Positions 59,861 through 64,000 of a stretch of DNA of 64,000 nucleotides are shown piece after piece. The DNA comes from Candidatus Omnitrophota bacterium (GTDB taxonomy: Bacteria > Omnitrophota > Gorgyraeia > Gygaellales > Profunditerraquicolaceae): assembly GCA_023247825.1 (NCBI GenBank), contig JAHFFR010000001.1:23009-87008 (forward strand), in the 5' to 3' direction. Position 1 is the stretch's first letter. Each line of letters begins with the position of its first letter. Under the pieces are notes generated by a model. That model saw nothing but the letters and a program-made list of their open reading frames with translations, was not told the DNA's origin and searched no databases. Both the position numbers and the translations under genes were made by a program.

Positions 59861-59861
59861 C

Positions 59862-60605
59862 TTAAAAAGGAATGGTAATTCCGGCTTCAATCCCCTGTTG
59901 GCCTTTACGGGATTTTAGCCTTATAAATGCTTCGGCGTCAAGATGTTCCAGGAATTTATGCGTCATGGTAAGGCTGATGCCTAAAGGATGGCCAAGCTCA
60001 TTCCTAAGCGCGAAAATAACTTTATTTCGGCCAAAGGTTACCTCTGCCCCAAATTCCATTGCCCTGATATTCCCCTGGCCATAATCTATCTGAAAATTTA
60101 GCCCTAAATTACGGCCAAACTTCCATTCTCCATATAGAATAAGTAGTTGGCTGGATGCGGCCAAGCGGCTTTGACGCATGCCTACGCCGATACGGTAGCG
60201 GATCTGGCCTTTTTTAGGATAAAGCGTGGGCGATTCAAGTTGGACCTTGAATTCAAAGCGGGAGGTTGAGCTGGCTTCAAAGATATAGACTAGCCGATCC
60301 TCTGAAGGCAATTGCCAATACCCTCTGAAGGTTAATGTGTCACGCCCATCTTCGGATGTATATTCAATCTGCTGATTTTTGTTTAACTTCCAGCTTCCCT
60401 TAAAGGTATAAGTTTGAGGCGGGCCTTTGCGCAAAGCAACCTCAAAGACAAGCTCATTGTATTCATTGGCGCGCCAGGTGCCTTTAAGTTTAAGTATGCG
60501 CAGGCGCTGGCGGTTGGTTTTGGATTCAGTCTGGATGGTTTCGATTACGAGAGAGCCGGATTCAGCGGCGATAAAACGCTTGCGGATATTATCGGTTGGC
60601 TTCAT
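59862..60605 (-). CDS. Hypothetical beta-rich repeat protein with C-terminal Phe (possibly 5'-truncated)
   Basis: Four [LF]xGxW repeats; ends IEAGITIPF; no signal peptide; start overlaps the upstream gene. Confidence 0.55.
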   Translation of the reverse strand: MKPTDNIRKRFIAAESGSLVIETIQTESKTNRQRLRILKLKGTWRANEYNELVFEVALRKGPPQTYTFKGSWKLNKNQQIEYTSEDGRDTLTFRGYWQLPSEDRLVYIFEASSTSRFEFKVQLESPTLYPKKGQIRYRIGVGMRQSRLAASSQLLILYGEWKFGRNLGLNFQIDYGQGNIRAMEFGAEVTFGRNKVIFALRNELGHPLGISLTMTHKFLEHLDAEAFIRLKSRKGQQGIEAGITIPF

Positions 60606-61638
60606 AGATCTGCTTAATCATTTCTTCTATGCCGTATTTATAATTCCAGGATGGGTAGTGCGATTTGAATTTGGAGACGTCGCTGATCCACCAGATATGG
60701 TCGCCGATGCGGTTAGAATCAATATAATCATATTCAAATTCCTCGCCCGTCAGCCCCTCGCACAGCTCAATCGCCTCAAGGATGGAAACATTGGCAAACC
60801 TGCCTCCGCCAATATTGTAAACTTCGCCGCAGCGGGGTGCCTGGAAATAATGGTAAAAGGCATTGACCAGGTCGAAAGAATGGATGTTATCCCTGACCTG
60901 TTTGCCTTTATACCCGTAAATCTTATATTTGTATTTTCTTACCGCGCATTTTACCAGGTATGATAAAAATCCGTGAAGCTCTGCCCCGGAATGCGCAGGG
61001 CCGGTCAGGCATCCGCCGCGGAAAATTCCCGTGCGCAGATGGAAATACTTTCCATATTCCTGCACCATGATATCCGCCGCAACTTTTGAGGCGCCGAAAA
61101 CCGAATGCAGGCAATTATCAATGCTCATTGACTCATCAATTCCTTTGAAATACTTGTGGCCATCTGAAATCTCAAAACGTTTTTCTTTTTCAATCAAAGG
61201 AAGCCGGTTAGGAGTATCGCCATAGACTTTGTTGGTAGAGGTAAAAATAAAGACCGCGCGGGGAGAGAATTTACGCAGGGCCTCAAGCATAACAAGGGTT
61301 CCGTCGGCATTGACCCCGAAATCAACCGCAGGATCCTTAGCCGCCCAATCATGGGACGGCTGGGCCGCGGCGTGCACAATTAAGGCGATATCTTTGTTGT
61401 ATTTTCTAAATATTGAATTTATTTTACGCTGATTGCGGATATCTACGGAATAATGGCGGTAGTTTTTATGCAGTTTCTGAAGGCGTTTTTGATTCCAAAG
61501 GATTGAGCCGTCTGCGCCAAAGAAGCTTTTGCGCATATTGTTATCAATGCCGACGATATCAAAGCCCTTTTCGGCAAAGAAACTCACGGTCTCCGAGCCA
61601 ATTAACCCGCAGGAACCTGTGACTAAAACAATGGACAT
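60589..61638 (-). CDS. CDP-paratose 2-epimerase (RfbE/Tyv)-like extended SDR
   Basis: [45 protein letters not shown]. Confidence 0.82.
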   Translation of the reverse strand: MSIVLVTGSCGLIGSETVSFFAEKGFDIVGIDNNMRKSFFGADGSILWNQKRLQKLHKNYRHYSVDIRNQRKINSIFRKYNKDIALIVHAAAQPSHDWAAKDPAVDFGVNADGTLVMLEALRKFSPRAVFIFTSTNKVYGDTPNRLPLIEKEKRFEISDGHKYFKGIDESMSIDNCLHSVFGASKVAADIMVQEYGKYFHLRTGIFRGGCLTGPAHSGAELHGFLSYLVKCAVRKYKYKIYGYKGKQVRDNIHSFDLVNAFYHYFQAPRCGEVYNIGGGRFANVSILEAIELCEGLTGEEFEYDYIDSNRIGDHIWWISDVSKFKSHYPSWNYKYGIEEMIKQIYEANR

Positions 61639-61651
61639 ATGTTTTCCTTTA

Positions 61652-61697
61652 AATTAGGGACAGCGGCTATTTATTTAAATAGTCGCTGTCCCTAATT
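61652..61697. repeat. 22-bp-arm inverted repeat with GGGACAG ends; overlaps the rmlB stop codon
   Basis: AATTAGGGACAGCGGCTATTTA-TT-TAAATAGTCGCTGTCCCTAATT (one G-T mismatch). Confidence 0.85.
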
Positions 61698-62729
61698 AAT
61701 ATAAAGCTTATTAATATCTTTTAACTTACTCTTAAGCCAGGCTTGATGCTTGAGCGACCAAGCTACGGTAAGCTTAAGGCCCTGCGCAAGTGAAACGCCC
61801 GGCTTCCAGCCAAGCTCTCTGGTAATTTTTCCTGAATCAAGGCTGTATCTTATATCATGGCCTAAACGGTCTTTAACAAACTCAAATCTATTCCGGCTGG
61901 CTCCAAGAGTTTTTAGTAATAATTTTACCGTATCAATATTCTTACTCTCGCAGGCGCTCCCTAAATTATACGCCTCTCCTATTTTGCCCTTGTTCATAAT
62001 TGCCAGGATGCCGGCCACGCAATCGTCAACATAAAGCCATTCGCGGACATTTAGCCCTTTGCCATAAACCGGGATTTTTCCGCCGCCTAATATTCTAAGG
62101 ATAGCAAGCGGGATCAATTTCTCAGGATACTGCCAGGGGCCGTAATTATTTGAAGGGCGGATAATTATCGCGGGAAATTTGTAAGTCCTGATATATGACT
62201 GCACTAAAAGATCGGCTGCTGCTTTAGAAGCCGCGTAAGGGCTGTTAGGCTTAATCGGAGAATTCTCGTTGAACTTGCCATTGGCAATTTCTCCGTAGAC
62301 TTCGTCTGTAGAAATAAAAATAAATTTCTTTGCATTATATTTACGGCCGGCATCGAGGAGAATTTGTGTTCCTTTAATGTTGGTTTCGATAAACGGAGTG
62401 GCGTCGTTAATGCTGCGGTCGACGTGGCTCTCAGCGGCGAAATGCACCACAATACCCGGATTTTCTTTTTTGAAAATTGAGTCAATCTTCTGCTTATCGC
62501 AAATATCAACTTGATAGAAATTGGGGACAGTCCCCTTCGGGGACAGTCCCCAATTAAGCCTCTTAAGGTCGCCGGCGTAGGTGAGGCTGTCTACTACGAT
62601 AACCTCGAAAGATTGAGATTGCTTCCCCGCCACAGAACTTTGGCGGGTCGCAATGACACGCCTCACAAATGCGCTGCCGATAAAACCCGCGCCGCCGGTA
62701 ACTAGGATTTTAGGTATTCTTTTACGCAT
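61692..62729 (-). CDS. rmlB: dTDP-glucose 4,6-dehydratase carrying two in-frame palindromic inserts
   Basis: TGGAGFIGS, LTYAG, FAAESHVDRS, STDEVYG, YAASK, NNYGP.QYPEKLIP. Confidence 0.95.
   Translation of the reverse strand: MRKRIPKILVTGGAGFIGSAFVRRVIATRQSSVAGKQSQSFEVIVVDSLTYAGDLKRLNWGLSPKGTVPNFYQVDICDKQKIDSIFKKENPGIVVHFAAESHVDRSINDATPFIETNIKGTQILLDAGRKYNAKKFIFISTDEVYGEIANGKFNENSPIKPNSPYAASKAAADLLVQSYIRTYKFPAIIIRPSNNYGPWQYPEKLIPLAILRILGGGKIPVYGKGLNVREWLYVDDCVAGILAIMNKGKIGEAYNLGSACESKNIDTVKLLLKTLGASRNRFEFVKDRLGHDIRYSLDSGKITRELGWKPGVSLAQGLKLTVAWSLKHQAWLKSKLKDINKLYIN
62519..62555. repeat. GGGACAGTCCC tandem element, copy 3, in-frame in rmlB
   Basis: AATT-GGGGACAGTCCCC-TTC-GGGGACAGTCCCC-AATT; encodes NWGLSPKGTVPN. 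Confidence 0.9.
62615..62658. repeat. RPE-like palindromic half-element in-frame in rmlB
   Basis: Reverse complement TGTCATTGCGA-CCCGCCA(N8)TGGCGGG-GAAGCAATCTC; encodes VIATRQSSVAGKQS. Confidence 0.7.
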
Positions 62730-63523
62730 TCTTCAAGTACAGAATTAATATTCCTGACTTTGAATCCAGTTTTTTCAAGCTTACTTGTAGACAAAATCAG
62801 ATTAGTCCTGGCTAATCCGAGCTTACGGAAATCAATAACAGTATACTTAAATCCCGGGACATATTTTTGATAAACCTTCATAAGTTCGGGATAACGCAAG
62901 CCGCCCTTATTCACCACGTTATAAATCCCGCGGGCATCAATCTTTATCAAATGCTTAACTGCTTTAATAAAATCAGGAACATAGGTTACGGAATTGGGGA
63001 TATCAATAACCTTCCTGTATTTTATAAGCTTATCTAATACGTTCTTAGGATGCTTGGCATTATGTAAAGGGATCCTGATTCTTGTGATCAAAATATTATA
63101 CTCCTTTGACAGTGCCTCGAGGGCTGTTTCAGAATAAATCTTGCTGCGGCTGTAAAATAATTTAAAGAAATAATCCCGGCTGTCTTCTTTTATCGGCTTA
63201 TCTTTTTTATAATCAAAGTTAAAAATACACCCGCTGCTTATGTGCGCCAGTTTTATATTATTGCGTAAAGCCGCCTCTGCCAGCATCACCGGGATAAAGC
63301 TATTGGCCAGTAATGCCGCATCCTTTTCCAGCTCGCAGTCATCGACATTGCGCCTGCCGGTAATACCGATGCAATTAATGATTATTTTAGGATGGTATTT
63401 TTTAATCAGATTATCGGCATCGCGAAAACAATTTATCCTTGAGCCGTCAACCCTACAGTCAAATTCTTTCTGCAACCTTTCGCCGATAAAACCTTTCCCT
63501 AAAATTAAAATATTCTTATTCAT
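62702..63523 (-). CDS. NRS/ER (UER1)-like NDP-4-keto-6-deoxyglucose 3,5-epimerase/4-reductase
   Basis: ILGKGFIG, CIGITGRRNVDDCE, SSGCIF, YSRSK, RIRIP. Confidence 0.72.
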   Translation of the reverse strand: MNKNILILGKGFIGERLQKEFDCRVDGSRINCFRDADNLIKKYHPKIIINCIGITGRRNVDDCELEKDAALLANSFIPVMLAEAALRNNIKLAHISSGCIFNFDYKKDKPIKEDSRDYFFKLFYSRSKIYSETALEALSKEYNILITRIRIPLHNAKHPKNVLDKLIKYRKVIDIPNSVTYVPDFIKAVKHLIKIDARGIYNVVNKGGLRYPELMKVYQKYVPGFKYTVIDFRKLGLARTNLILSTSKLEKTGFKVRNINSVLEECVKEYLKS

Positions 63524-63999
63524 CTTTTAAGTAAATCCTTTAAATATTCACCGTAGCTGTTGGGTGTCCGGCTGGCAAGCCTGGTTAATTGTTCCTTATT
63601 AATATAGCCCATACGGTATGCCACCTCTTCAATGCAGCCGATTTTTAAACCCTGCCTATCCTCTATTGTTTTAATAAAAATTGAAGCATCAATTAGAGAT
63701 TCGCTTGTTCCGGTATCAAGCCAGGCATGCCCGCGCCCGAGAAACTCCGCTTTAAGTTTTCCTTTTTTGATATATTCATTATTTACCGCGGTAATCTCAA
63801 GCTCCCCTCTTAGAGAAGGCCTAATACCCTTGGCGATCTCGACCACATTATTATCATAGAAATATAGGCCCGAAACAGCCCAATTAGATTTTGGTTTCTT
63901 GGGCTTTTCTTCGATTGAGATTACTTTACATTTTTTATTAAATTCAAGCACGCCATAGCGGCCGGGGTCTTTTACATAGTAACCGAAAATTACCGCGCC
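63520..63999 (-). CDS. rmlA: Glucose-1-phosphate thymidylyltransferase (3' part; start is beyond the right edge)
   Basis: DPGRYGV, IEEKP..PKSNWAVSGLYFYD, PSLRGELEIT, AWLDTGT. Confidence 0.95.
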   Translation of the reverse strand, partial: GAVIFGYYVKDPGRYGVLEFNKKCKVISIEEKPKKPKSNWAVSGLYFYDNNVVEIAKGIRPSLRGELEITAVNNEYIKKGKLKAEFLGRGHAWLDTGTSESLIDASIFIKTIEDRQGLKIGCIEEVAYRMGYINKEQLTRLASRTPNSYGEYLKDLLKR

Positions 64000-64000
64000 A

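Noticed and set aside
58408-62555. GGGACAGTCCC repeats as a CRISPR array or integron attC sites
   Set aside because: Spacing is irregular and kilobase-scale, there are no cas or integrase genes and no RYYYAAC/GTTRRRY ends, and the flanking genes are truncated rather than intact cassettes
28-63859. Many short plus-strand ORFs in the track
   Set aside because: Nearly all are antisense shadows of well-supported minus-strand genes or span repeats; none has a recognisable motif
1-64000. tRNA, rRNA or riboswitch genes; taxonomic assignment
   Set aside because: No cloverleaf or rRNA-like segment was seen and intergenic spaces are short; no marker gene is present to support a taxon call

Overview
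The whole window is part of one very large surface-glycan (O-antigen/LPS or capsule) biosynthesis locus. About 55 genes lie on the minus strand, many with overlapping stop/start codons, and the locus runs off both ends (rmlA at the right edge, a CapD/WbpM-type dehydratase at the left). It encodes dTDP-rhamnose, GDP-deoxyhexose (Gmd, ColD-like) and GDP-(6-deoxy)heptose (GmhA, HddA, HddC, DmhA-like) enzymes. It also encodes four thiamine-diphosphate enzyme pairs, two B12 radical-SAM enzymes, about 8 SAM methyltransferases, about 10 glycosyltransferases, and both Wzx/Wzy-type and Wzm/Wzt export. The locus shows many signs of remodelling. A GGGAC(A)GTCCC palindromic repeat family sits exactly at the breakpoints of truncated genes and supplies their stop codons. 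Two different palindromic elements are translated in-frame inside rmlB, and a MITE-like element abuts a 5'-truncated dmhA paralogue. A promoter-bearing AAA-ATPase cassette lies between perfect 303-bp direct repeats, and several short gene remnants are missing from the ORF track. One non-glycan gene has an unusual architecture: signal peptide, PLD/Nuc nuclease domain, then replication-initiator-like wHTH and DnaD-like domains. All family assignments come from motif recognition by eye; no database searches were run.
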